The notes under the pieces are model-generated. The model worked only from the letters and a program-made list of their open reading frames with translations. It ran no database searches and was not told where the DNA came from. A program made the position numbers and the translations under genes. Shown one piece after another: positions 1 through 9,240 of a DNA stretch of 64,000 nt. Every line of letters starts with the position of its first letter. Positions within the stretch are counted from its first letter, which is position 1. Source of the stretch: a virus; the IMG/VR virus record IMGVR_UViG_3300010396_000011, positions 3,818 through 67,817 of that record, one strand, 5' to 3'.

Positions 1-408
1 GCCTGGAACAACGCGGGCGGCTCTCCGCTGGCGATCCCAGACCGCTACCTCGTCCCCGGATCGCAGTGGTCCGCGCTCACTCAGCCCATGGTGGTTGGCA
101 GCACTCCGCTGGCTCTCAGCGTGGCGCAGTACCTGAAGGAAAACGGCTTCGCTAAAACCTTCGGCATCACGCCGGAGATTTACCCGCTGCCCGTCTGGCT
201 AGAAACCGCTGGCGCCAGTTCTTCGAAGCGCGTCATCGCCTACCGCTTTGATCAGGACTGCCTCAGCTTCACGCTGCTGCAGAACATCCAGCGCATGGGC
301 GGCCCGCTGTCCGTGCAGGCTGGCGCGTTCCTCATCACCTACGTCGGCAATACCGGCGTGGTGAAGGTCAACCGTCCGCAGACGATCAACTATTGGGATG
401 GAGTATAA
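1..408 (+). CDS. Major capsid protein, C-terminal part (DUF2184-like)
   Basis: Frame is open from base 1 (AWNNAGGSPLAIPDRYLVP...) and ends GVVKVNRPQTINYWDGV, typical of this capsid family. Sits just before the head-completion genes. Confidence 0.8.
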   Translation, partial: AWNNAGGSPLAIPDRYLVPGSQWSALTQPMVVGSTPLALSVAQYLKENGFAKTFGITPEIYPLPVWLETAGASSSKRVIAYRFDQDCLSFTLLQNIQRMGGPLSVQAGAFLITYVGNTGVVKVNRPQTINYWDGV

Positions 409-417
409 GAGGCGGTT

Positions 418-672
418 ATGTTGATCATCACCAGACAGACATACCGCTTCACGGACAAGGACAAGTCGGATATCTTCGTCAAGCCGTCGAAGGAACCGCA
501 GAGCGTTCCCGACGATCTGAAGACGTATCCGCTGTTCGAAATGGCCGCGAAAGACGGCTCCGTGACCGTGGTCGAGATTCCCGGCGCACCGGCGCCCGAA
601 ACTGCGCCCGCTCCGGAACCGGAGCCGACTCCGGACGCAAAGCCCGATCCCAAACCCGCCAAGGGCAAGTAG
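418..672 (+). CDS. Small Pro/Glu-rich hypothetical virion protein
   Basis: 84-aa ORF with GAGG RBS, directly after the capsid gene. Confidence 0.7.
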   Translation: MLIITRQTYRFTDKDKSDIFVKPSKEPQSVPDDLKTYPLFEMAAKDGSVTVVEIPGAPAPETAPAPEPEPTPDAKPDPKPAKGK

Positions 673-697
673 CCATTCCCCTCCTTGAGTGCAACTT

Positions 698-725
698 GAG
701 GGGCGGTAATCCGCCCCTCGTTTTT
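698..725 (+). terminator. Intrinsic terminator after the capsid genes
   Basis: GAGGGGCGG-TAAT-CCGCCCCTC perfect 9-bp stem followed by GTTTTT. Confidence 0.8.
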
Positions 726-727
726 CC

Positions 728-1441
728 ATGGAACCATCGCTCAACCTTTTTTTCGACGATCTCTGTAGCGGCTTCGGCTGGGACTGGGGCGCGCTCACCG
801 TGGGCGTCGTCTGCGGTACCAACCCGCCGTACGGAGTCGCCGATTTCTTCGCTGTCTTCCCCAAGTTCTTCGGGGTAGCGACCGCAATTCAGGTCGCGAC
901 CACAACTGGATCTGCCGTGGTGCAAGGCACTGGTACGACGTGGCTATCCTCTGGATTCTCCGCAGGGCAACTGGCGAACTCGCCGGCATTCCCGGCTGGG
1001 ACGCTCATCACCAGCGTGGACTCCAATACGCAGATCACGCTCTCTCAACCGGCAACCGCCACGGGAAACGCCAGCATTTCAGTGTTCGCGGCGCCGCTCG
1101 TGCCGATGGCCGTTCTCGCGATGTACATCACGCTCGCGTCCGGCTCGCTGGTTCAGGCCCGCTGGCTGGATACGTGGTTATACGCGATGAGCTTATATGT
1201 CGCGCACTTCGCCACCCTGTACCTGCAATCCGATGGCAGCACATGCACCGCGCCGGGAGCGGTCGCCGCATCGGGACTCGCCCGCGGTATCGCGACTTCA
1301 AAGGGAGTCGGTGGCGTGAGTTTCGGATTCCAGCCGGTCCAAGGATTGGAGCAGTGGGCGGCGTGGACCCTCACCAGCTACGGAACGCAACTCGCGAGCT
1401 TCGCTAAGACCGTGGGCGCGGGACCGGTTTGGGTGCCTTGA
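728..1441 (+). CDS. Head-tail adaptor (DUF4054-like) with an inserted beta-rich domain
   Basis: ADFFAVFPKF, LYVAHFATL, SKGVGGVSFGF and WTLTSYGTQL motifs; synteny. Confidence 0.8.
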   Translation: MEPSLNLFFDDLCSGFGWDWGALTVGVVCGTNPPYGVADFFAVFPKFFGVATAIQVATTTGSAVVQGTGTTWLSSGFSAGQLANSPAFPAGTLITSVDSNTQITLSQPATATGNASISVFAAPLVPMAVLAMYITLASGSLVQARWLDTWLYAMSLYVAHFATLYLQSDGSTCTAPGAVAASGLARGIATSKGVGGVSFGFQPVQGLEQWAAWTLTSYGTQLASFAKTVGAGPVWVP

Positions 1442-1538
1442 CGAGTTGAGGGCCAGTCTTCACCGAGGGCTTTAGAACCGTCTTCAGGTTTGGTTTTTCG
1501 CCGCGCTTGAGCGCATCGATGTATTCGCCGAGAGACAC
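1404..1538 (-). CDS. Putative 44-aa leaderless antisense ORF
   Basis: GTG-start MSLGEYIDALKRGEKPNLK...RS* fills the 1442-1552 gap. TATACT lies 7 nt upstream. Confidence 0.4.
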   Translation of the reverse strand: MSLGEYIDALKRGEKPNLKTVLKPSVKTGPQLVKAPKPVPRPRS

Positions 1539-1552
1539 AGGTTTCAGTATAG

Positions 1553-2023
1553 ATGGCGGCAAAGGTCACCAAGAAAGGCCCCGGACTTGTTGCTCTCGCC
1601 CGCGATCTGAAGCGTCTCGAAAAAAGCGAAGTCCTGGTCGGCATCCCGGCTGATAAGACGCTTCGCAAGGGCGACCCGATCAATAACGCGAGTCTACTTT
1701 TTCTGCACTCCAAAGGGTCACCTATCAACCACATTCCGGCGCGGCCAGTGCTAGAGCCGAGCATTGAGGAAAACAAAAAGATCATCGCTTCGCACCTCGG
1801 CGCGGCGGCCAAAGCCATTCTGGACAAGCAGCCGGACCAGGCGCAACGCGAATTGGAACTCATCGGCACGCTGGCTGCGAATGCGGCCAAGCGGTACATC
1901 ACCAGCGGCGAACTGGCACCGAATGCGCCATCCACGATCGCGCGAAAGGGCAGCGATCAGCCGCTGATCGACACCGGGCAACTGCGGCGCTCTATAACTT
2001 TTGTCGTCCGTGAAGAGAAATGA
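1553..2023 (+). CDS. Neck / virion morphogenesis protein
   Basis: IPARPVL, PNAPSTIARKGSDQPLIDTGQLRRSITF motif. Confidence 0.8.
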   Translation: MAAKVTKKGPGLVALARDLKRLEKSEVLVGIPADKTLRKGDPINNASLLFLHSKGSPINHIPARPVLEPSIEENKKIIASHLGAAAKAILDKQPDQAQRELELIGTLAANAAKRYITSGELAPNAPSTIARKGSDQPLIDTGQLRRSITFVVREEK

Positions 2024-2376
2024 TTTCCCTCGGAGAACTCACCTACGACCCGGATTTGGGCCAGTGCGTCACGATCATCCGCACAACCGGCTCTTTTCAG
2101 CAGGGCGGCTGGCGTGGCACCGAGGCGCAAGTTCAGGCGTACGGAATCGTGACGATCGCAAGCGCCAAGGACCTTCAGCAAGTTCCCGAGGGCGACCGCG
2201 TGCGCGGCTCGCTGATGTTCGTCACGGAGACGCCGATCTACCCGACTTCGGCGGCGGCATCGCAAATCAGCGACGAAATCATCTGGAACGGTGAGCGGTA
2301 TCGCGTGCAGCAAGTTGAGCCCTGGACGCAGTACGGCATGTATGTGGCCGTGCTCGTGAGGATGGCTGGAAATTGA
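2020..2376 (+). CDS. Head closure / head-tail joining protein
   Basis: DLQQVPEGDR...DEIIWNGERYRV motif; synteny. Confidence 0.75.
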   Translation: MISLGELTYDPDLGQCVTIIRTTGSFQQGGWRGTEAQVQAYGIVTIASAKDLQQVPEGDRVRGSLMFVTETPIYPTSAAASQISDEIIWNGERYRVQQVEPWTQYGMYVAVLVRMAGN

Positions 2377-2780
2377 CGCCAGTAGATCAAATCATTTTTG
2401 AAGAAGGCAAGGGAGATTGCCTGCGCACCTGCATTGCGAGCATCCTAAATCTCCCAGTTCTAGACGTGCCCAATTTCGCTGATGACGATAGTTTTATCGG
2501 CGGAGCGATTCAATGGCTGTCCCGTCGCGGAATAACGGCCCTGACCGTTAGCTTCACTGGCAATGGTTACGACCAAAGCCAATATTTCTCCTGCCCCGAG
2601 TTTTGCATTTTGGTAGGGGTTAGCCCGCGCGCGACACCAGAAAAAAGAAAGCAACATGCCGTCGTTGGGCGTGCGATGGGGTGGAGCTTCAAGGTTGAGC
2701 ACGACCCGCATCCAAGCAGGGATGGGATCGTCGGCAATCCGACTTTCGTGATGTGGATATTCCCTCCGCTGATCCCGTAA
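2373..2780 (+). CDS. Hypothetical protein (GDCLRTCIASIL...HAVV...HDPHP; possible papain-like fold) inserted among neck genes
   Basis: 135-aa ORF coupled to the upstream gene; Cys/His/Asp motifs. Confidence 0.6.
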   Translation: MTPVDQIIFEEGKGDCLRTCIASILNLPVLDVPNFADDDSFIGGAIQWLSRRGITALTVSFTGNGYDQSQYFSCPEFCILVGVSPRATPEKRKQHAVVGRAMGWSFKVEHDPHPSRDGIVGNPTFVMWIFPPLIP

Positions 2781-2786
2781 ACGTAA

Positions 2787-3404
2787 ATGTCCACCGTAAC
2801 CTATCCGAACGGCCAGACGCTCACGTCTTCGGCGCTGACCCCCGCGACGCTCGCGACGCTGCTTCAGCCGCTCATCGCTCAGGCTCTCGGTATTGATCCC
2901 ACCGTGCCGAACACGACGGCATGGAGCGCAGTGCGCATCGACTGGCCAGCGGTTGGTCAGCCGGTAGGCGGCATCTCCGAAGATATCTGCTTCATCCGCG
3001 CGACAGCAGACAACGCGCCGTTCAGCCGCGTCCGCGATCAGGAGTACTCGCCCCTCGATAGCGAGACGCTGACGCAAAATATGGGATTCACGCAGGTCTG
3101 GAATCTTCACCTGACGGCGTACGGTCCCAACTGCTTCGACCGGCTACGAGAGATCGTCTCGGCATTCTCTTTCGATTGGCTGTGCCAGTCGCTTGCCGCC
3201 GCGAATCTCTACCCTGTTCCTGATTGGCAGCGTCCGCAATACGCACCCGACCTGTTCCAGGGGCAATGGTGGCCGCGCGCCGATGTTGATCTGAAATTGT
3301 ACGAGTCCGTAACCGAGTCCACCACCGCACCCAGCGCCGCCGGTGTGGACATCACCCTCCAGCCGGATACCGGCGCGGCAGTCGAATTCGAAATCACCGC
3401 GTAG
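2787..3404 (+). CDS. Tail terminator / neck terminator protein
   Basis: AYGPNCFD...PDLFQGQWWPRADV motif; sits just before the sheath gene. Confidence 0.7.
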   Translation: MSTVTYPNGQTLTSSALTPATLATLLQPLIAQALGIDPTVPNTTAWSAVRIDWPAVGQPVGGISEDICFIRATADNAPFSRVRDQEYSPLDSETLTQNMGFTQVWNLHLTAYGPNCFDRLREIVSAFSFDWLCQSLAAANLYPVPDWQRPQYAPDLFQGQWWPRADVDLKLYESVTESTTAPSAAGVDITLQPDTGAAVEFEITA

Positions 3405-3438
3405 CCGAACGGCTCGCAAACCAGAAAGGAAGCTTCTC

Positions 3439-4860
3439 ATGTCCACCTCTTTGCCGCTTTCCTCCATCGTCGGAGTCAGCGTAGTCGTTTCGCCGGCCGC
3501 TTCTCCAGGGCCGAGTTTTAACCAGGCGCTCATCGTCGGGCCAAGCACCGTGATTCCGTCCGTCGGCGCGAACTCGCGAGTCCAGCTTTACCAGTCGTTG
3601 CTCGCTATGCAGCAGGCTGGTTTCAGCATCACGTCGCCCGAATACCTCGCCGCAGAGCTGTACTTCGGCCAACAGCCTCAGCCCACCTTCCTGTGGATCG
3701 GGCGGCAGGATCTCACCGCGATTGAGACCGCCATCGTCGGCGCCAGCGGCGGAACCGGATATACCGTGGGAGACATTCTCACCGTGGTCCAGTCGGGCGC
3801 GAGCGCCGGGCAGTTCAAAGTTACAACCATCGGCGGCGGCGGCGTGGTAACGGGCATCTCGCGAGTCGCTGGTGGCACGGGATACTCTGTCGCGACTAAC
3901 CTTGCGACCACCGGCGGCACCGGAACCGGGGCCGAGATCAATGTCTCAACGATTGGAGAAAGCGCGGTCGAAGCGGTTTCCGCCTGTCGCCTCGCCCAGC
4001 CCGACTGGTACGCCTGCATGTTCGTGGGCACCGCGGTGGATGCGGATCACCTCGCGATCGCGGCATTCATCGAAGCCGCCTCGCCTGCCTCGGTGTACTT
4101 CCTGACGAGCGGATCCAGTGCCGTGCTGAACGGGACGGCGGGAAACCTGTTCGCCGAACTCCAGACGGCGAATTACCGCCGCACCTTCAGCGTGTATTCG
4201 ACGACGCAGGGCGGCACGTTCCCCAACAATACGTACGCCTCCGCCGCGCCGATGGGCATGGCTATGGGCCGCAACAACAAAGCCGTCGGTTCGTACTTTG
4301 ATGTGATGTTCAAACTCATATCGGGAGTGGCGGCCGAGCCCCTGACGCAAACCCAAGTGAACAGCATCTGCGGGACCATTGACCGCTCTTCGAATGGGCT
4401 CAACGGAAATGTCGTGCTGGAATATGCCGGGAACCGTATTTGGCTCCAGCCCGGCACTACGGCGAGCGGCGCGTGGTTCGACGAGGTGCTGAACCTCGAC
4501 ATGCTCGCGGCCGACATACAAAACAGCGCCATCAATCTGTTGACCAGCGTTCCCGCCCTGCCGATTACCAATGCGGGCGTGGCGACCATGCAGGCTGTTA
4601 TTTCTGACGCGTGCGTGCGCGCACAGCAAATCGGCTTTATTGCTTCTTCTGGCCAGTGGGGTGGCGTGCAGATCGGAACCGGACGGGCCGCTATTGAGAA
4701 CGGCGACGCGCTGCCCAACGGGTACGCGCTGTATGCGCCGGCGGTATCGACGCTTTCCAGCGGGCAGCGCTCGGCACGCCTTCTTCCGCCGATCACGGTT
4801 GCGGTCATTGAGGCGCAGAGCGGCCATTCGCTCAGCGTGAACGTCAACGTCCAACGATAG
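3439..4860 (+). CDS. Tail sheath protein (DUF3383-like)
   Basis: ATG 3439 after an AAGGA RBS. LPLSSIVGVSVVVSP, SPEYLAAELYFGQ, FK.ISGV, WFDEVLNLD and HSLSVNVNVQR motifs. Confidence 0.9.
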   Translation: MSTSLPLSSIVGVSVVVSPAASPGPSFNQALIVGPSTVIPSVGANSRVQLYQSLLAMQQAGFSITSPEYLAAELYFGQQPQPTFLWIGRQDLTAIETAIVGASGGTGYTVGDILTVVQSGASAGQFKVTTIGGGGVVTGISRVAGGTGYSVATNLATTGGTGTGAEINVSTIGESAVEAVSACRLAQPDWYACMFVGTAVDADHLAIAAFIEAASPASVYFLTSGSSAVLNGTAGNLFAELQTANYRRTFSVYSTTQGGTFPNNTYASAAPMGMAMGRNNKAVGSYFDVMFKLISGVAAEPLTQTQVNSICGTIDRSSNGLNGNVVLEYAGNRIWLQPGTTASGAWFDEVLNLDMLAADIQNSAINLLTSVPALPITNAGVATMQAVISDACVRAQQIGFIASSGQWGGVQIGTGRAAIENGDALPNGYALYAPAVSTLSSGQRSARLLPPITVAVIEAQSGHSLSVNVNVQR

Positions 4861-4895
4861 CGCGGACCTGAATTCAGCAAAAAGGAGAACTTAAA

Positions 4896-5354
4896 ATGTC
4901 CAACATTCTCAGCACGTACAGTGGGCGGGACACGAACATCGCCATCACGCACCCGCTGTTCACTCCCATTCAGGCCGCGGGCATTGCCTCTCTCGGCCTG
5001 AACCAAGCGACCATTCGCATGACGCAAGATCAGGCCAGCCTCAAGGTGGGGATGGACGGCGCCGTGGTTCCGAGCGTCATTCCTGGCGACCAAGGCGAGA
5101 TCGAGTTGCAGGTCTGGCAGACGTCCACGCTTCACCAGCTTCTGCTCGCAGGCTACAACCTCTGCAAGGCCGCGCGCGATCAGGGCGACGTATCGAACTG
5201 GTTTGCCGGCACGATTGTCGTCGTCAACATCGTGGACGGATCTTCCCATCACGCGACGGGAGTCGGCTTCAAGAAGGTCCCCGACAAGACCTATCAGACT
5301 GAGGCTCAGGTTGTGACGTGGGTTTTCGCCGCGTGCAACATCGTGAGTGAGTAA
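4896..5354 (+). CDS. Tail tube protein (DUF3277-like)
   Basis: STYS..D, GMDGAVVPS, QTSTLH, KVPDKTY...VTWVF motifs; follows the sheath gene. Confidence 0.85.
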   Translation: MSNILSTYSGRDTNIAITHPLFTPIQAAGIASLGLNQATIRMTQDQASLKVGMDGAVVPSVIPGDQGEIELQVWQTSTLHQLLLAGYNLCKAARDQGDVSNWFAGTIVVVNIVDGSSHHATGVGFKKVPDKTYQTEAQVVTWVFAACNIVSE

Positions 5355-5359
5355 TCCTT

Positions 5360-5725
5360 ATGCCGATCGAACTAACCAAAAATATCACGATCGACGGGCG
5401 GGAATTCCAGGTAGGGCGCGTTCCCGCCAACGTCGGTCAGTGGATCGTAGTGCAAATCGATAGATTCTCCGACGAAGCGGTATTCAATAAAGCGCGCAAT
5501 TACCTGTTCAACGCTTGCTCCTACATAAAGCAGGTTGACGGTGCGCCGGTTCCGATGAAGATGTACCACGATGGCAAGTGGCTTCTTCCGGACCTGGAGT
5601 ACGATCTGGAAACCGTGTCGGCGCTCTTCCGAGAAGCGTTTGATTTCAACTTCGGACCTTTTTTGAAGCGTCGGCTGGAGGAAATGGAAGCGGAATCCAG
5701 CCGGGAACAGGCTATCAACCTGTAG
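5360..5725 (+). CDS. Tail assembly chaperone
   Basis: Lies between tube and tape measure; ends FNFGPFL over a slippery T-run. Confidence 0.8.
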   Translation: MPIELTKNITIDGREFQVGRVPANVGQWIVVQIDRFSDEAVFNKARNYLFNACSYIKQVDGAPVPMKMYHDGKWLLPDLEYDLETVSALFREAFDFNFGPFLKRRLEEMEAESSREQAINL

Positions 5726-5904
5726 CTTTCCCACCCGATATGTCGGCGTACCTCTGGCGGCCGGTTATCGCCGGCCTCTGGCGCCAGCACGAAACCAGCG
5801 ACGGGACGTACTCGTTCTTGGACCTCTGGGAAGTCAATCGAGCGCTTGACGTGCAGCAGGAAAACCAGCGGCGCGCCGCTGAAGCACACCGAAATCGTAA
5901 GTAG
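5659..5904 (+). CDS. Tail chaperone -1 frameshift extension (GT-like); internal ATG at 5740
   Basis: T TTT TTG at 5659-5665. The -1 frame is open to TAG 5904 and encodes YLWRPVIAGLWRQHETSDGTYSFLDLWEVNRALD. Confidence 0.7.
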   Translation, partial: FFEASAGGNGSGIQPGTGYQPVAFPPDMSAYLWRPVIAGLWRQHETSDGTYSFLDLWEVNRALDVQQENQRRAAEAHRNRK

Positions 5905-5909
5905 ACCAC

Positions 5910-8102
5910 ATGCCGAACGTAATCGAGGAGTACTTAGTTTCTCTGGGATTTTCTTCTGACGAAAACTCCCTGCGAAAACTCCAGGGCACGCTTGGAATAG
6001 CCGAAAAGGCGGTAGAGTCTCACACGTTCGGCATGGCCCGCAAGCTTCTCGAAGCCCAAGGCGCAATCGTCGGCGCCTTCACGTCGATATCAGCCGTTAT
6101 CCTCGGGACGGTCGATAAGGTCGCCATGGCCGACCAGGGCTATCGGCTGATGGGATTGCACATGCTCATGAGCACGGAGCAGGCCCGCAAGCTCGACATC
6201 GTTACCAAGGCTCTCGGGGCGACGATGGAAGAGATCATGTACGACCCGGAGTTGCGGGCGCGTGCAGGAGAGGTGAGCGAACACATCGACCGCCTCACTC
6301 AGCAACTTGGACCAGGCTTCGAAGGCAGCATGAAGAGCGTGCGCGACTTCCGCCAGCAGTTCACCCTCCTGGGAGTAGACGCCAAGTTTCTTGGCATGCA
6401 GTTCGCCTCGAATCTTTTCTCCAAACTCGTGCCCGGGGACAGTATGACAGAAAAGCTGTCGTCGGTTAAGAAATGGGTCAATGACTTCGAGGCCAAAATC
6501 CCAAAGATTGCCGACTCCCTCTCTGGATACGCGATCCCCGTCTTGAAGCAGACCTATGAAATTCTGGCGTCCGTCGGCGGAGCCGCGAAGGAATTCGGCG
6601 TTCTGTTTACGAACGTTGTTGGCCTGCTCAGTAATGATCGAGCCCTTTCCGGCGCCACCTTCTCGTTTTCTGCCCTGGCTGGCGCGATCGGCCACGTCGG
6701 CGAATGGGTAAAGGACCTTTTCGTTTGGATCACGGACGGAGAAAAGGCACTCGTCGGGTTCTCGGGATCGCTGGCGCGTGCTATCACCAGGATTCGAGAC
6801 GATCCCAAAGGGATTTGGGACGGGCTGAAAAACGAAACCGCTTCCGCGTTCAACTTCGTATCCAATTTAGCGGAAAAGAACTTCTCTAAAATTCTGGGAA
6901 ATATTGAAAGCTGGATCAACAAGCAGGCCACGTCGATAATGGCGATGCTGTCCAAGGTCCTTGACGATGCCAGCAAGAAACTCGAAGCCCAATTGGGAGT
7001 CATGGGCCGCGACCTGTACAACAAACTTCCGGGATGGATGAAAACGCTGCTTGGTCCCGGATTCGCAGCTACAGAAGATAAAGCACCGTCTAAGACGCCG
7101 CCTAATACCCTTAAAGACCATGGCTTCCCTTCCACGAAGCCTCCCGCTGCTGTAGCGGGGATACTTATGGGAGGAGCCGCAGGAGCCGGGATTGGCTCGA
7201 TATTTGGTGGCGTAGGTGCGCTACCGGGAATGGGGATCGGTGCGGTTATTGGTTTGTGGAGAGGGCTGCATTTCGGAGAGCAGGAAGACGAAACCAGAGC
7301 GCGGGCGCTGCTTGAGCGCGATCAGGTATTGCGAGATAACGAGGCGCTGCGCAAGAAAATTTCCCCTGCTTCTCAGTACTGGCCCAAATTAAATCTTTTA
7401 TCGTCCTCACCAGAAGCGCCATCCTCATTTTCGATTGCTGATCGGATAATCGGTGCCATTTCCAAGGTGGAAGCCGGCAAGAAGCCTAACCCAATCAGCG
7501 AGCGCAATAACAACCCTGGGAATCTGCGCTCTTGGCCTGGTGCTCCAACCGAAGGTGGATACGCCAAATTTCCCACGCCCGAAGCGGGCGCGGATGCTCT
7601 TCGCCAGCAAGTGGATAAACTCATAAGCCGCGGCTTGACGCTCGAAGAGTTTTTTGGAGGAAAACCGGGGGTTTATAAGGGCTATGCTCCTAAGGCAGAC
7701 CACAACAACCCGCACGCGTATGCGTCCGCCGTCGGGAAAGCGATCGGCGTTGACGTTGACGTTCCGCTGAACAAAATCACTGGCGTTCCGAGTTCCGGGG
7801 ATGATGGGGGCAAGAAACCTGGGGCGGCGCTCATTATTCCAAAGTTCCCGATTAGCGCTCTGCCATTCCCAGACCGAGACTACAGCCCAGCTCTCGCCCA
7901 AATGGAGCGGCCGATCTTCCCGGCGGCTCAGCATGTCACGCATGACGATCACAGCACGGTAATCGGGGATATCAATATTCACGTCATGCAGCCCGGAGCG
8001 GACGCATACACGATAGCCGCCCTAGCCCGGAAAGAGGTCCGGGAGGAATTAGACTCCCGATCAAAGATGGGCATAGCGGCCGTGGCGCCGGCTTGGGGAT
8101 AA
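5910..8102 (+). CDS. Tape measure protein with a C-terminal lysozyme-like domain
   Basis: VIEEYLVSLGF N-terminus, long helical region, ISKVE...RNNNPGNLR...YAKFPTPEAG motif. Confidence 0.85.
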   Translation: MPNVIEEYLVSLGFSSDENSLRKLQGTLGIAEKAVESHTFGMARKLLEAQGAIVGAFTSISAVILGTVDKVAMADQGYRLMGLHMLMSTEQARKLDIVTKALGATMEEIMYDPELRARAGEVSEHIDRLTQQLGPGFEGSMKSVRDFRQQFTLLGVDAKFLGMQFASNLFSKLVPGDSMTEKLSSVKKWVNDFEAKIPKIADSLSGYAIPVLKQTYEILASVGGAAKEFGVLFTNVVGLLSNDRALSGATFSFSALAGAIGHVGEWVKDLFVWITDGEKALVGFSGSLARAITRIRDDPKGIWDGLKNETASAFNFVSNLAEKNFSKILGNIESWINKQATSIMAMLSKVLDDASKKLEAQLGVMGRDLYNKLPGWMKTLLGPGFAATEDKAPSKTPPNTLKDHGFPSTKPPAAVAGILMGGAAGAGIGSIFGGVGALPGMGIGAVIGLWRGLHFGEQEDETRARALLERDQVLRDNEALRKKISPASQYWPKLNLLSSSPEAPSSFSIADRIIGAISKVEAGKKPNPISERNNNPGNLRSWPGAPTEGGYAKFPTPEAGADALRQQVDKLISRGLTLEEFFGGKPGVYKGYAPKADHNNPHAYASAVGKAIGVDVDVPLNKITGVPSSGDDGGKKPGAALIIPKFPISALPFPDRDYSPALAQMERPIFPAAQHVTHDDHSTVIGDINIHVMQPGADAYTIAALARKEVREELDSRSKMGIAAVAPAWG

Positions 8103-8888
8103 ATGGCCTCACTCGCATCAGTACTCGTCGGGATTCGAACGAAGGTTTCGACCGGAAACTTCGTTGCTACCGAGATCGGAGACTTGCTAACGGCGGGTCC
8201 ATGGCGTCCGCCTCAGTGGGTAAACGCGCCCGCATTTGCTATGACCGCTACCGATCCCGTCACGAAGAAACCGACAGCGTACGTATTCGATGCGGTAATT
8301 CGCGCGGAGTACGACCAGAAAACAGTAGTCACCCTGAACCCGGTGCAGACCGGGGCTCCTCTCACGGATCACGCCTATGCAATTCCGGCGACTGTTGTGA
8401 TCGAGGTCGCGATGAGCGACGCGATGCAATCTTTCGCGATGGACCAATGGGCGGATAGCCCATCCAAGAGCATTTCCACGTTTCAAGCGCTACTCGCTCT
8501 CCAAAAACAGAGGCTACCGGTACAACTGGCAACCCCGCTTAACCTCTACAGCGCCATGATGATTACCGGCGTGAGCGCGACAGCGGACAAAGATACGAAG
8601 CACGCGCTCAAGGCCATCGTCACGTTTCAGCAGATATTGACCGCATCCGTACGGCAACCTTCGAACTCCGCAAACAGCTCCATTCCGCAGACCACCGACC
8701 AGACCATCGGCGGGGTTTCGCAAGCCGTCGCTGTTCCCGCATCCACCGTTGCCCAAAACAACGTGCAGAGTGCTATCGCATCGGGCGCACTCACCGCTCA
8801 GCAAGCCGCCAGCGTAGCAAGGCAGATCGAAACGGCCGGCGTGTGGAGCAGCACGAATATCAGTTCTCTCGCCTCAATTTTCAGGTAA
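8103..8888 (+). CDS. Baseplate / Dit-like tail protein
   Basis: FDAVI..E..T.NPVQTGAPLTDHAY...Y..MMI motif. Confidence 0.8.
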   Translation: MASLASVLVGIRTKVSTGNFVATEIGDLLTAGPWRPPQWVNAPAFAMTATDPVTKKPTAYVFDAVIRAEYDQKTVVTLNPVQTGAPLTDHAYAIPATVVIEVAMSDAMQSFAMDQWADSPSKSISTFQALLALQKQRLPVQLATPLNLYSAMMITGVSATADKDTKHALKAIVTFQQILTASVRQPSNSANSSIPQTTDQTIGGVSQAVAVPASTVAQNNVQSAIASGALTAQQAASVARQIETAGVWSSTNISSLASIFR

Positions 8889-8892
8889 GCAA

Positions 8893-9240
8893 ATGCCTGC
8901 TCAACTGATACCACTCACAAACGCGCCGAACCAGCAGTTCCAGCAGCAGTTGCGCGTAAATGGGCAGCAGATCACGCTCGGCCTTGACATCCGCTTTAAT
9001 TCCTCCGCTGGCTTCTGGGTAATGGATATTTCGGATCAGTTTGGAAGCGCTTTTGTATCGTCGGTGCCGCTTCTGACCGGCGCATGGCCGGCGGCGAACA
9101 TCCTTGAGCCGTACGACTATCTGCAAATCGGATCAGCCTACGTCGTAAACCAGAACGGCGCTTCCACTGATTTCCCCAACGACTCCGATATCGGTCAATT
9201 CGCTCTGATATGGGATGACAATCCTGGATTCGGCGCATGA
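8893..9240 (+). CDS. Baseplate plug protein
   Basis: IPLTNAPNQQF...WVMDI...VPLLTG..NIL motif. Confidence 0.75.
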   Translation: MPAQLIPLTNAPNQQFQQQLRVNGQQITLGLDIRFNSSAGFWVMDISDQFGSAFVSSVPLLTGAWPAANILEPYDYLQIGSAYVVNQNGASTDFPNDSDIGQFALIWDDNPGFGA

